64,000 bases of DNA from Asterias rubens (lineage: Eukaryota), in contig NC_047070.1 in the NCBI RefSeq assembly GCF_902459465.1, positions 14,632,001-14,696,000 on the forward strand, in the 5' to 3' direction. The notes under the pieces are model-generated. The model saw only the letters and a program-made list of their open reading frames with translations, did not search any database and was not told the origin of the DNA. Shown here in pieces: positions 11,925 to 23,600 of this stretch (within the stretch, counting starts at the first letter, position 1; the number at the start of each line of letters is the position of its first letter). The translations under genes and the position numbers were made by a program.

Positions 11925-14781
11925 CTTGAAGCCGAACAGCGCTAGTTAGTTGTCATAATTCCAAGAGAATAATGAGTGGTCGGTATGTGAAAATTCAGAC
12001 TTTGTGGGCGTTCGGTGCGAGTGTGAAGTCTTTTTCCAGTCAATGGAAATTTATGAAAACATTGCAATGCGTGCTTAAATATGACCCGTGACATTTGTAT
12101 TGTCTTACCGCTGGTAATCGCTCTAAACACAATAACGCTATGAGATAATACGGGGGACCAGTACCATCCGGTAAATACGGTGTCCGAAAAAGGCCATCGC
12201 TCAATTTCATGAACTGTTTAAATAACAATAAAACAAAAAGGATTGTTTGATAAACACACAGTAATGTTTAACAAACAGGGGAATCAGTTATAATAATCTA
12301 AATAACAAGATATTTTGGCTGATCACTTTTTTATGCGGAGGAATATTTGTTTTTCTGAGGTAAATAACTTACAAAAAGGCCCAACCCATCCCAGCCAGCT
12401 TCAAAAGCACTCCACTGTATGCCAATGTGGCAGAGGGCAACCCGCCCACCCCCCCCCCCCCTGTTTCCATTAATTCACACAATCTTGGCCTTGTGTACGG
12501 AATCAACTAACCAAATGATCGTAACCCAAACCCCCTATTGAAAGGCGAGCAACAATTTCCCATCGTACAAGTTCCAATGGGGGACAGGACAACATAAACA
12601 ACTTTAGTAAGCAATACAAATTGACAAATACAGACTGCATGTAATTGTTTTTATTTCAATTCAATAAATAATTTTATTTCATAACAAACTTGCTTACTCT
12701 GAGGGTAATGACCCTGATCCAAAATGCCTCTTTGTTAAAAAGATGATAATGGTTGTAGCTATGTACAAAGCTAAAATGTGTGTAATTATATCCCAAATCA
12801 CCCAAATTACTGTTTACACCAATTCCCATAATCAAACTCTTTCTTGCATAAATTATCGAAGAAAAACAAGCTCAATGCAACTCCTACATGGGCTTTGGGT
12901 TATAGGTGGAGTCAGTTTGTGTGAATTGGGCGGGGCTAACAGAAGAATTATGCCGCACTGTCCAACACATTCATTAAACAAAATTGTTGGATTTTTGTGT
13001 GTTACAAAAGTACCCTTTTTGTTCCTTTTCACAAATCTTGCAAAAAGATTTGACATTCAGTACATATGTAAAGTGAGAAAGATAGAGCTCGTAAAGCTCA
13101 TTTTAACTGGATTTTGGAAAGTTTATTCAACTTCTACTTCCTGGACAGACACCTAGTTATGTAATGAAGGACAGACCTGTTTCCTCAACTCAAGAGATTC
13201 AGTGAAACTTTATCATTATATACAGCCACACTGTCTCTGCATGTCAAATCTAAACCAAACTAAACCCAAGGACAATAGTCTGGCACCTAGGAAATCACTG
13301 TAATAAATCTAGTAACTGTTTATGGGGAAATTTTACAAAGCTCCACTGGTATGAAAACACCCTATATACAAAAAATTTTGTTTGCACAATAAAGTAATTG
13401 TCACTTATACCTTTATAGTTTTAACCTCTCTGCACAACATTATCTGCCTTCAAACTTTCTTGGTGACTGATTTGATGGTGTATGGGTACACAACAACATA
13501 AATTTTGTAGAGGTCACAAGGTCAAACTGAGTGTTTGAATCCAGTCATTTTTGAACAGATCCTTCATGAAAATGAGGAATTGCTCAGAAGTCTCTAATCT
13601 CCTGTTTAAAACAGTGTAACATTTTCCCAAGTAAGTGTGATACGGTACCCTTAAAAAATGGAACCACTCCGTTTTAACAAGCATGTAAACAAAGTAGTCA
13701 CTTTTGGAAGCCAATCAGCATTGTTTCTCAGTACATCCCTACCAGGGGTTAGTGACGACAGGTATATTTTGTATTTTTTGTATTTGCACACATTTATTTC
13801 ATTGCTGCCCTACATTTAAACTTACACATTTTACAAAGTTTTATAAGTATATTCAAATTATGAGTAGTTTACAGTATTACTTAGTATCTTAGGATATGAA
13901 AGTTTACAATGATTTAGATAGTTATATATTAGGAAGCTTTTTAAAGTATACGGCACGTTGTCCATGGTAAAGAGGCTGATGTCACTGGGTTTTTTAAAGA
14001 GCAAATTAATATCATCATCTAGTGATCACTGAATAAACCATGATACAAGACTAATGTTTTAGTCAAAACATCAGGAAAAATGTTTGGCCCTCTCAATTTT
14101 GGAAAGTTTGACCACAACTGTTAATGACACTCTCTGCTGGATTTTAACAGATGGCAATTGAAAAGTTACACATCTAGCCTGAACACCTGACATCATCTGA
14201 GGATTGTGAATTTTGCCAGAGATCTGCTGCTCAGCCCACGTGCATAATCACCTTTGACCTCCAATCATTTCACATGGCTTTCATGGTTCATGAGATTCGC
14301 AGTCAAATGTGACTTACATGTGTATACATATAAAGCCAACACCTGTCCTTATTTAAAGGGGACCATTCTATTATACATCTAGCTTACATAAAGGGCATAC
14401 TGTCTGGATGATTGATGCAAGACCATTCCACAAGAGTTGTAACTTGTATAAAGGTATCCTGAACATCTGACGTCACACTTCACGGCTCGTGAATTACATC
14501 AGAGAGTGGCCTCAAGCCAACGTCAGTTTTCTGAGGGTCACATGATATGAGCCAACTCGCATTCATTTCGCAATAAAATTCTACGTACACATGGATGTAC
14601 CCCGTACTCTATACATTGTCAGATGGTACGTTGTATCCAATGATATCGCTGGCTTTGTAAAACCAATACCTGTCTTTATCCTTGCAGATGAGGACAGGGG
14701 ATCGAGTCTAGCATTCCATGCTTAATGCAGATAGATCCATCGTGATATGACAATGACAACTGTGAACACTGGAAGTTACTG

Positions 14782-14858
14782 TCACGTGGACATGTCCATG
14801 TCAACGTGATGCTCAGCTGCCACTGGCACCTGCTGCTGGCTCTGCTCCCATCTCCGAG
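14782..14858 (-). CDS. SMIM19: SMIM19 coding exon 3 (stop TGA at 14782-14784)
   Basis: Acceptor ttgtccctttcag|CT; phase 1 restores S-R-R-W-E-Q (human SRKYDYQ). Confidence 0.85.
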
Positions 14859-16203
14859 CTGAAAGGGACAAGAAAAAGCTCTTGCTGAATAATTTGAACA
14901 CAAAGATGGGTTTTGAGTTTTCGAGATGGCAGTTTCAGATTGTATAAAAGTAATAAGGTTTTGGATGTAGAGCGAGAAAAGAAGCAATCATCAGTCTGCT
15001 ATAATATACAGAATTGGTGAGGATGAAAATATCTTAGTTTATAGGATTTGAAGCATTGCATGGTGAGGTATCAATATATATTTGGTTTGCATCGTTGTTT
15101 AATTCTTATCTGAAAGCTTACTGATAACTAGAAGGACTAGTACTTAAATAGTACTAGTACTCCAATAGTTAAATAATGTGAAGCGCTTTGGGACTCCCTC
15201 CGGGTGTGAAAAGCGCTGTATAAAAACGGGTTATTATTATTATTATCATGGCGCATTTCACAATACCGTCTCAGTGTGCTTATCATTTGAGCACTGGTCA
15301 TTAGGCTAATAACAATCCCTTAATCTTTCACAGCTAAAACTAGTTTTATCTGTGAAATATTTCCCTCTAAAATCAAGCCTGGAATTGCACGAAGGCCTTA
15401 GTCTCTCTCGCCCCGCCCCTGTTTGCAAACAGAAAATGGCCTTGCCCTCTCAAAGTTCAAGGCCTTTGAAATGAAGTCATGTTCGAGAAAATTGTACCTG
15501 AAAACCTACAACAGATTTTTGAGCATTTTTGAGTTGTACTTACAAACGTAATACAACTCCAGCTGTTGTCTGAGTCTGACTTTTTTTAGTTCTTCCCTGT
15601 AGCGTTGCGTTCTTTCCTCCATAGCAGCTGTCGGCCGGGTGAATAACCTGGCAAACATTCCAGTGTGTCTGAGTGGAACAAAGAGAGATTTTATGAGATG
15701 AGATTAGAAAGGATGAGATTAGGAGTTTTCAAGGAATATTAAAGAATTGGTTGTTGCTAACAAAACAGTTGCTGGCAGCGAGGGCACTTTATGTAATCCC
15801 CCATTCATAACCTGACCACCCTGAAGAAGTTTGAGATTTAACGGCCATCTGGGTCACAAGAAAATAGTGAAAAACTAGTTACACATTTTGCATGACATCG
15901 CTGCAAAAAGATTTTATGAATAAAATGCTCACTGAGCGATTAACTCCAAAAGCAATATTAGATAATTGTAATGTCCTAAAAGTCCCCATTGAGAAACAAT
16001 GTTTATCAATCAGCTTTTTATAATCATTTAAAAGCGAAACACTGTCATCCCAAAACACAACTTGCCATTGACTGATTGACTCACCTCTTTAAATAAACGA
16101 AGAACCATACAGACACCACAATGACGATCATGTAGATATTGGTGGCTTCATTCCAATGATCGATGTGCACCTCTGGTGGGAGACCGTGATTCTCACTCGC
16201 CAT
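14782..16203 (-). CDS. SMIM19: Small integral membrane protein 19, complete CDS (106 aa, 3 exons)
   Basis: Spliced product MASENHGLPPEVHIDHWNEATNIYMIVIVVSVWFFVYLKR|HTGMFARLFTRPTAAMEERTQRYREELKKVRLRQQLELYYVS|RRWEQSQQQVPVAAEHHVDMDMST*. It shares WNEATNxYxIVI and RLRQQLE with remembered human SMIM19 (107 aa); phases 2 and 1 are consistent. Confidence 0.92.
15544..15668 (-). CDS. SMIM19: SMIM19 coding exon 2
   Basis: Acceptor ccactcag|A, donor T|GTAAGT; encodes KKVRLRQQLELYYV. Confidence 0.9.
16085..16203 (-). CDS. SMIM19: SMIM19 coding exon 1 (TM helix)
   Basis: ATG 16203; donor AG|GTGAGT at 16084; acceptor at 16222 implies an upstream 5'UTR exon. Confidence 0.9.
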
Positions 16204-16689
16204 GTTGAATGCTGATGATACCTTTGGTATTAATCATTACTGGTTACATTGACATTGATGAGCTGTTGGGAGCTTTAGGGAAAATGAAAATAAAATACTT
16301 GTTTTCTTATAAATTACTAACTGGTAAATTTTCAGTGCAGTGCCTAGCCCACCTTGATGAGCTTTTAATGGCTCTCATCAGCCTCAGTCTGTAAAACAAA
16401 CAAAGAACCTGTAATGGCCAACTGTGATGAGACTGATGTAAATGAGAGCCATTAACAGCTGAATTTCAAGTAATTTTCCGTGTGGCGGCAACACTTTTTC
16501 ACTAATTTTTCGAAAAAGGATATCTCAATGAGGTAAATTAGATACTATATTATTTCATATCAAATGAAAAAGTGGTGGCGCCATACGGAAACTTTTCCAC
16601 TTGCTCTTCTTCTTTACAGGTTCGACTCCCGGTGTCATGACAAAAACTGTCCGCTGGCATTAAGTGTCTGCTCATTAGCATATTGTGTT

Positions 16690-16735
16690 CTGATTGGCCA
16701 AGCGTCTATGACGTCTGATTGTTTACGGAAGTTTG
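16690..16735. promoter_or_regulatory. Clustered CCAAT (tgattggc), CRE (tgacgtc) and ETS (acggaagt) motifs inside the Ginger-like element upstream of the SMIM19 ATG exon
   Basis: Motif strings only; function not shown. Confidence 0.3.
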
Positions 16736-17058
16736 CTAACTAGTGTTTGCAGTTAGCGTGCATCATCATCGCGTGTCTTGCTTCATTTTTGACATTTTAG
16801 TTTTACATTTTTGTGACGCTTTCCTTCTTGTATTTGATTATAAGTATTCGTATTATTTATCATTTATCACTTTCATTCGTATTTTTTAACCTGCACTTTT
16901 TAATTACAAAGTAAAACACTAATCTTGACATACTTTTGAGATTAAGAGTTCGTCTATTTTGTAACTTGACTTGTGTGCTTGAAAGCATTCTTGGTTGTAT
17001 GTTAATTTGTTTATATAATAAATAATTTGTAACCTTTAGTACATAGTACAATCCGTAC

Positions 17059-17126
17059 TAGTTGCGATAACATAACCCTCCTCCCGACGGCCAGCCGTCG
17101 GGAGGAGTGTTAGGTTATCGCAACTA
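17059..17126. mobile_element. 68-bp palindromic MITE with perfect 9-bp TSD, nested in the Ginger-like element
   Basis: aatccgtac at 17050-17058 and 17127-17135; TIR tagttgcgataac. Confidence 0.85.
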
Positions 17127-17877
17127 AATCCGTACTTGTTAAACCTGCACTGTTTTACCATAGTTAAATACTAATCTTGCATACTTTTGTTTTGAGAGAA
17201 AGTGTTCTGTTGCGTGTTGGTCTACTTTTTAACTTGGCTTGTATTTGAACGCTTGGTTATATTTGATTCTAAATAATCAGCACGGCGCAGCATGCATGGG
17301 CATGGCGCCCAGACACTATTTTTTGGGCGGACACTATTTGTCACGTAATCCGTGTCAAATAGTGTCTGGGGTCTACTGCGCATGCTCAGCGGACACTTAT
17401 TGCCAGCGGACAGTTTTGGTCATGACACCTGTACTGCATTGTATTATTTGATTGATTACAATACTAAATAACTAACTTCTATTTTCTATCCATTTCTTCC
17501 TAGAGCATAGATAACAGATAGATACATGGAGACTGGTGAGAGAGAAGGCAGGATCGAGGAGAGATATTTTAAATAATCTTTTTAGGTTTCAATTTTAGCA
17601 AAATAATAATTTTTTTAAACCGGTCGCCATAAAGATTAAAATTAAAAAACACTTAATTTTTTTTTTTTTAACAGGCAGAAATTGGTTGCGAGGTCGTGAA
17701 AGTTTTCCTCCAAGTCGACTGTCCACTTACCTTATTCGAAAAATCCAAACATTCTTGACTTTTGACAGCCAACTAAGCCAAAACAAGTAAAAGCAGGCAC
17801 ATAACAGACAGAAACACATGTGTTTTTCTACACAATATAGACTGGTGCCGTATTGCTTGGTACCCTGTGAGCGTCAC

Positions 17878-18043
17878 TAGTCTCGGTTCAAGACTCTATT
17901 GGATTTGTCACAAGAGGGCGCGCACCCCGAGGACCGCTCACTTCTCGGCTTTCTCGGGGTGTTAGCGATTCACGGTTGATAGCGCGTTGAGGTAATAGTG
18001 CGCCCTCTTGTGACAAACACAAGAGAGTCTTGAACCAAGACTA
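17878..18043. mobile_element. MITE with TAGTCT(C/T)GGTTCAAGAC TIRs
   Basis: Terminal and subterminal inverted repeats (ttgtcacaagagggcgc). Confidence 0.7.
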
Positions 18044-18360
18044 CCGCATCAGCCGCGTAGTCAAAAAATAGAACACAAACAATACAGGGAGGTTTCAAAA
18101 TGTCTCCTTACTCATTTTCTAAGGGTAAATTAGATTTCTCATTCACCTTCAGAAATTAGCGAATTGAGACACTCGTCATCTCCCTGTACTGTATGTGTTC
18201 TATTCTCTGAATATAGACTGGTTCCGTTGTAAGACTGTATGGAACCCTGTATACCGGTGACGTTTGTTTGTGTAGATCGCATGCAGTAACAAAAACAAAA
18301 ACAAAGCTAGCTATTTCTTTAGCAGAGGCAGAGCAAAAGGTCACAAAAGTTCGTTGATCA

Positions 18361-18554
18361 ATAAGCCTATTCGCTATTGCAACTGCGCATGTCCGTTACT
18401 GCTGACAACGCAATTTGTTTATCTCCCGTGACCTTTTAACCTTTTGACAATAAACCCGGGTATTGTCAAAAGTTGACAAAAGGTCACGGGAGATAAACAA
18501 ATTGCGTTGTCAGCAGTAACGGACATGCGCAGCTGCAATAGCGAATAGGCTTAT
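18361..18554. repeat. ~194-bp near-perfect palindrome (foldback MITE)
   Basis: ~77-bp arms with one mismatch plus inner hairpin cttttgacaata/tattgtcaaaag. Confidence 0.85.
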
Positions 18555-19184
18555 TTACCCATCATCGTTTGTTTACTTCAATTACCTCAATACTTGCTTA
18601 AATTAAATGTTTCCGGATATAAACAGTCACAGTTTTGGTGGTCAGCGGCCAAGGTTGAGTTGAGTGATGAATAGAGGTGAGACTGAAGATTCGGATAGGC
18701 TAGTTTAACTTTTATTTACTTTTGAATTGAATTTTGTTTTATACAAAAATATAGTAATAAATTTAATAATTTAATAGGCCTAGATTATAGATAATTTTTA
18801 GTACTTTTAGCTTTTGCTATTTATTTGTATTCTATAGTCAAGTTTTTACTTACGCAAAGAAGTGCTTGACTTTCTAAATTTGAGGTTAAAAAAAGTCAAA
18901 ATTGTGCGCATGATATTGAATTATTATTTATGATTTCATGAATGTTACGATTATAGTTCTATATCTAATCTACCTCCCTACCATCATTTGTCCATGGTTC
19001 TATAGAATAATCATGATATTTATCATTGTTTACATATTTGTTACATTTTTATTTTCCAAACAATAAATATTAAAATAACAATTTAAAATTTAATGGTTGT
19101 TGTAGTTGTTTGAAATTGATGAGCATCATCATATACTAGCATGGCTAGAGAGCAACTGTCCCTTATCTTATTGTTCTATGATTT

Positions 19185-19196
19185 TATTATTATTAC

Positions 19197-19236
<40 letters not shown>
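19185..19236. repeat. (ATT)n microsatellite
   Basis: Direct reading. Confidence 0.9.
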
Positions 19237-19240
<4 letters not shown>

Positions 19241-20465
19241 TTAATAATTTATTTTTGGTAGGGGGGGTGTGAAAGAAAATGCACACCAGCGCATTAATTA
19301 GTGTAGTACGTAGGCAAGAAATGGACAATCAAAAAAAATTATGATGGAAAATGTAGGTCCTCATTACCCACTCAGTTTAAAAAAAGAGCTATCAGAATTC
19401 TGCTATGTAGAATTAAAAGAATGGACACAAGTTCACACAAAAATATTCATTCCATTCTAATTTAATATCAATGAGTTCAACATTTTATTTAAAGCAATGC
19501 ACACAAAATTAAGTCTTTACATTTGCATCTCTAAAAAAATGTCTTAAAAATAGTGATGTCACTGCTTTAAAGGACACTTACTTTACTTGGTAACAGTAAG
19601 AAAAGATTGTGGGAAATGACTCTCTCTGAAGCAACAGAGTTTTTTTAGAAAGAGGTTTTTTTTTGCAACAAGGGTGTGCTCTTTCGTCATTTTCTTGCAT
19701 GTTTGAAGAGCCCAAATTATCACAGATTTGCTAACTATTTGGATGCATATGTTGGGATTCACCAAGTACGAATACTGGTCTTTGTCAATTACCAAAGGTG
19801 TCTAGTGCCTTTAACCAATCATCAAAACAACTTCAGTTTGCTTTCTTTGCCTTATTATCAAAACTTTGTCCTTTTGGAATGTTAACTTAAAATCTCAAAA
19901 ACAGAACAAATAAGTGGAAGGTCTGTAAATTTTTTTACTTTAAAGAAAGGAAAAAGTACAAAAACTGGAATAAAAATTGTTACAACTGAATTGAAAGACT
20001 TATTAACTCGGAATTTAACCATTGTAAAATTTGTTCAAATAAAACTGTTCATTTATTCCCATGCCTCATTTTTAAAATGAAAGAAAACAACAGTGCTCTA
20101 AAACTTCTTTGTTTTCAAACATCAACAATTTTCCACCTTTTTTCTCTCTCACATCATTATGTAAACTTACTTAAAAACTAAAAAGATTAATGTACAAGTC
20201 TTGATTCAGAGTTATTAAATAATTATGGTTTTTATGGACTAGTTCATAAGATTATGGACTAGTTCATAATATATATTGGGTGCATTCGATAAGTTTACAC
20301 GAGTTGTTCAATTAGCCATCACGTGATACTCGTGTCTTCGCCCGGTGTCAGCCACCACAGACCCAGGTACCAGCGGGGCTCTGGTGACTACCACGAGTGT
20401 TCCCCGGTACACCCGGGAAGCCAAACAACCACACCCAATATGGACCATTGGTAAATAGAGACATC

Positions 20466-20632
20466 TTATCTGTGGCCATCAACCGAGGCAACTACATGTA
20501 AAGAGTTTCGGCAGTTCATGCTGTGGTGGGCCCAATCAGCAGATTGGCACTTAGGGCTGCAGTAAGTTTGCTGAAGGCACAACGAGCACTCGAACTGACC
20601 TACCAGTCCGCAGGTGCACAGCTTTGAAGTGT
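20466..20632 (-). CDS. PKHD1L1: PKHD1L1-like last exon: MYND-type zinc finger + stop
   Basis: CTC-x7-CSLC-x5-C-x3-C-x7-H-x3-C with the YCS..CQ..DW..H signature; long poly-Y acceptor; phase 1. Confidence 0.85.
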
Positions 20633-23600
20633 CTGTAAGAAATAGGAGAAAAGAACAAAGAAAGTTTAAGTAATGATTGAAGATTTGCATGCGTGATGGA
20701 TAAGAATAAACTATAAATAATGGTTGCGAGTACAACCATGTGTAAATCTCTTTTAGGGGAGTGTTGGCTCGTCTTTAAAAAACAGAAAAAAGTTTCTTAC
20801 TTTTTTCTGAAGACTAGCAGAGTATACTGTTTCAAGCGTCGAGACCAACCCAGCTCTTTTCAGAGCCAATACTCCCTCTAAAGAGAATTATTACATGTTT
20901 GAACTCACAAGTTTACTTTAATTTATAGTATATTCTTAGAAAGTATAAGTTTTTAAGCTTTGCATGGTGTCTGGCCAAAATCTGCATCCAAAAGTCGTAT
21001 TATGTAACATGCAGTTGGTGAGAAAATGGGCCAATGCAAGCACACACCCCTTAACTTCAAAGAAACTTCAATCCTAGATTCTGAATGGTCAACCCATACC
21101 AACAAGAGGTGTTATAATTATAGGAATAGACCCCATGTATAACGCAAAACAGTTAAGGCTGATGAGGTCACATGCACGTTTCTACGCACAAAAATCAGCT
21201 ATCGTCCAATGATTTGCTTCCTTTGGCCTCAGTGAGAGTGCCTTTTGAAAGGGTGACGTCATATGCATATGAATGTTTATGAGTGCAATGGTGAGAATAT
21301 TTTTATGAGGTTAAGATTGAACATTTCATCTGTCAAAGAATGACAATTATTCTCTCCATTGCATGAATGCAAAACATGTATTACTTGAAACTTTGCATGG
21401 TGGAAATAAGATATAGAAGAGTTTGCGGTAACACCATGTAATAACAATCTCTAAATGAGTTGGGGTGACTGACCCTCAGTCACCTAGGCCCCACACCCTC
21501 ACCATCCCCTGTGCTTGTTCCTACTGACACAGTTCAGTGAGCACACACCCCCCAAGGCTCCACAGCAGGTTTCACCACGCATCATCGAGTTCACTTCCCG
21601 CCTATATTTCCCGCTTTCGTGCATCACCGCTGATCCGCCGCCCAGTACTTAAGCAGCATGCGGCATCAGAGTCCAGCATTCACCAGAAGACGATCAGAGC
21701 ATACTGATCGAAACGTCGAGTTAAACCAACGGTTCTTTTCAGAACCACCCCAACTCATTTAGTATACACATAATGAATGTTTATGAGTGCAATGGTGCGA
21801 ATATGTTCATGAGTTGAAAGAGGGAATGTTCTATTCAACGAGGCGGAGCCGAGTTGAATGGAACATTCCAGCTTTCAATGAATGAACATATTCGCACCAT
21901 TGCACGAATGAAAAACATTCATTATTTGTTTTATATAACATCCAAGTACATCTTTGTCATTTTGATTGAAAGATACAACTTTCAAAACAAACAATTTCAA
22001 CAGTAGAAGCCGAATGCTAGTAATTTTACTATGCCTTCTTGCAGTAACACCTGCTGCGTTACCAAAGACACGCGCACGCAGTGATGTTTTTACCGTGCTT
22101 TTTCGTTCCATCCGAAAAGTACCATTGCACGCTGCCAGCGTGCAATGGTACTTTTCGGATGGAACGAAAAAGCACGGTGAGTGACTCAGCGTGCAATGGT
22201 ACTTTTATTTGCTATCACGTGATGGACAATCCTCCAATCAAATGGCAAGGATCTGCTTGGGTGTTATATAAAGACTGTTATTACATGGTGTTACCGCAAA
22301 CTCTTCTATATCATGTATTACTTACTGACCACCGACAGACAGAACCAGGGTGTAATGTCAGTGTTCGGAACAAATACCTTGGTCCTTGACCCAGCGGATC
22401 AAGACACTATCAGCTTGGTAGACTTCAGAGAGGACTAAGTTTTTCTCCTTAGCCCCGTCAATGTCCTTTAGGGTCTCGTGCATCAAGATGAATTTCTTGT
22501 CCTGGAGTTTAGCGGGGAGGGCCCGCGTCACGTCATCTCGGAGGTCATGCATTGTGCCAACTTTGTTGGCCTCGACTGAGCCGAGCTTCTGGAATTTGCT
22601 GTACGAGTTCTTGGCCATGATGATCATTTGGACACGCTCTTCAAGAACTAAAATATGACACAGGCAAAAAGACTGTTTATCAGGTATACAAATTTGAAGG
22701 TGTTCTAAAAATTAATTAAGTATAAAAACATTTACTTGGGGACAAAGGGGAGTAGAATGAAGCCGCAGAAAGCCGAGCCATGCAATGAGCCCAGGGTTTG
22801 ACATTTTGAAGTAAGGTCAGGTCTGGAATCACAGAGACCACAAAGGCTATGGACTCCAATGCCATGGCGTCGATTCTACAAAGAGCTAAGATCGATCTTA
22901 ACTGTAAATCAATCGAAGTTGCTAAGTAAGGTGTGCTGTCACATTATAAACCACTATGGTAATACTGACAATTTGTCTTGCGATGCACTTTATTGCTTTG
23001 TGAAATCGGCCCCTGGTCTTGGACTTGCTGCCCATTTAAAAGTTTCAACTTAGAGTGCCCTTTGAAAGATGAAAATGGCCTGGCCCTCTCAAAGATGAAA
23101 TTCCAGGCCTGTAGAAGGTAGAAGTAAATACTGGACAGAGCAAAGATCGACCATCCTGGGTCTCTATTCTTACGTCGTTCTTGCTGTCCAGAGGTTTCAG
23201 TGAATCCTGGAGGCAGAGCGGTGACTTCAACCTCAGGGGTACGCCTTGCCGTGTTTGGAGTCGAGCGACCATTGAGGTTCGGGTCTTGGTATCTACAGGG
23301 TGAGAAAAAAGATTACAAAATCGTTGATCCAACAAGCTCCCCAAATGCACCCCTTAATAATAATAATTTGGGGGGCTAATCGTCCTTACTCGCAGCTAGA
23401 GCTGAATTGAGAAGGACGCGGCTACAACGTGTTCGAGAAGCAGGCATGCCAGGGCGCATTCAGCTGCCAGCCACATCAACCCATTATGACCACGGAGCAC
23501 AGCCAAGATCGAAAGTGTTTGATTTTTTCCCGAGGGAGGAAAACTGGAATGTCTGGAAAACCCTCGTGGCACAGCAGAGAACCAACGCACAACTCGACTC

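Larger units (their letters stand above)
16633..17427. mobile_element. Ginger-like non-autonomous DNA transposon (TGT...ACA)
   Basis: ~40-bp TIRs tgtcatgacaaaaactgtccgctggca; flanks ccgg/cctg (degenerate 4-bp TSD). Confidence 0.7.

Noticed and set aside
14676-14987. 103-aa minus-strand ORF
   Set aside because: Wrong frame; the real coding part is SMIM19 exon 3 (14782-14858)
20466-22647. Separate small MYND-finger gene
   Set aside because: Both exons start with clear acceptors and link in phase through exons 39 and 38 to the TM exon; no independent start exon found. cDNA is still needed to confirm
23174-23350. 101-aa ORF 23045-23350 as the exon 39 product
   Set aside because: A different frame (YQDPNL...) is the one compatible with both flanking exons
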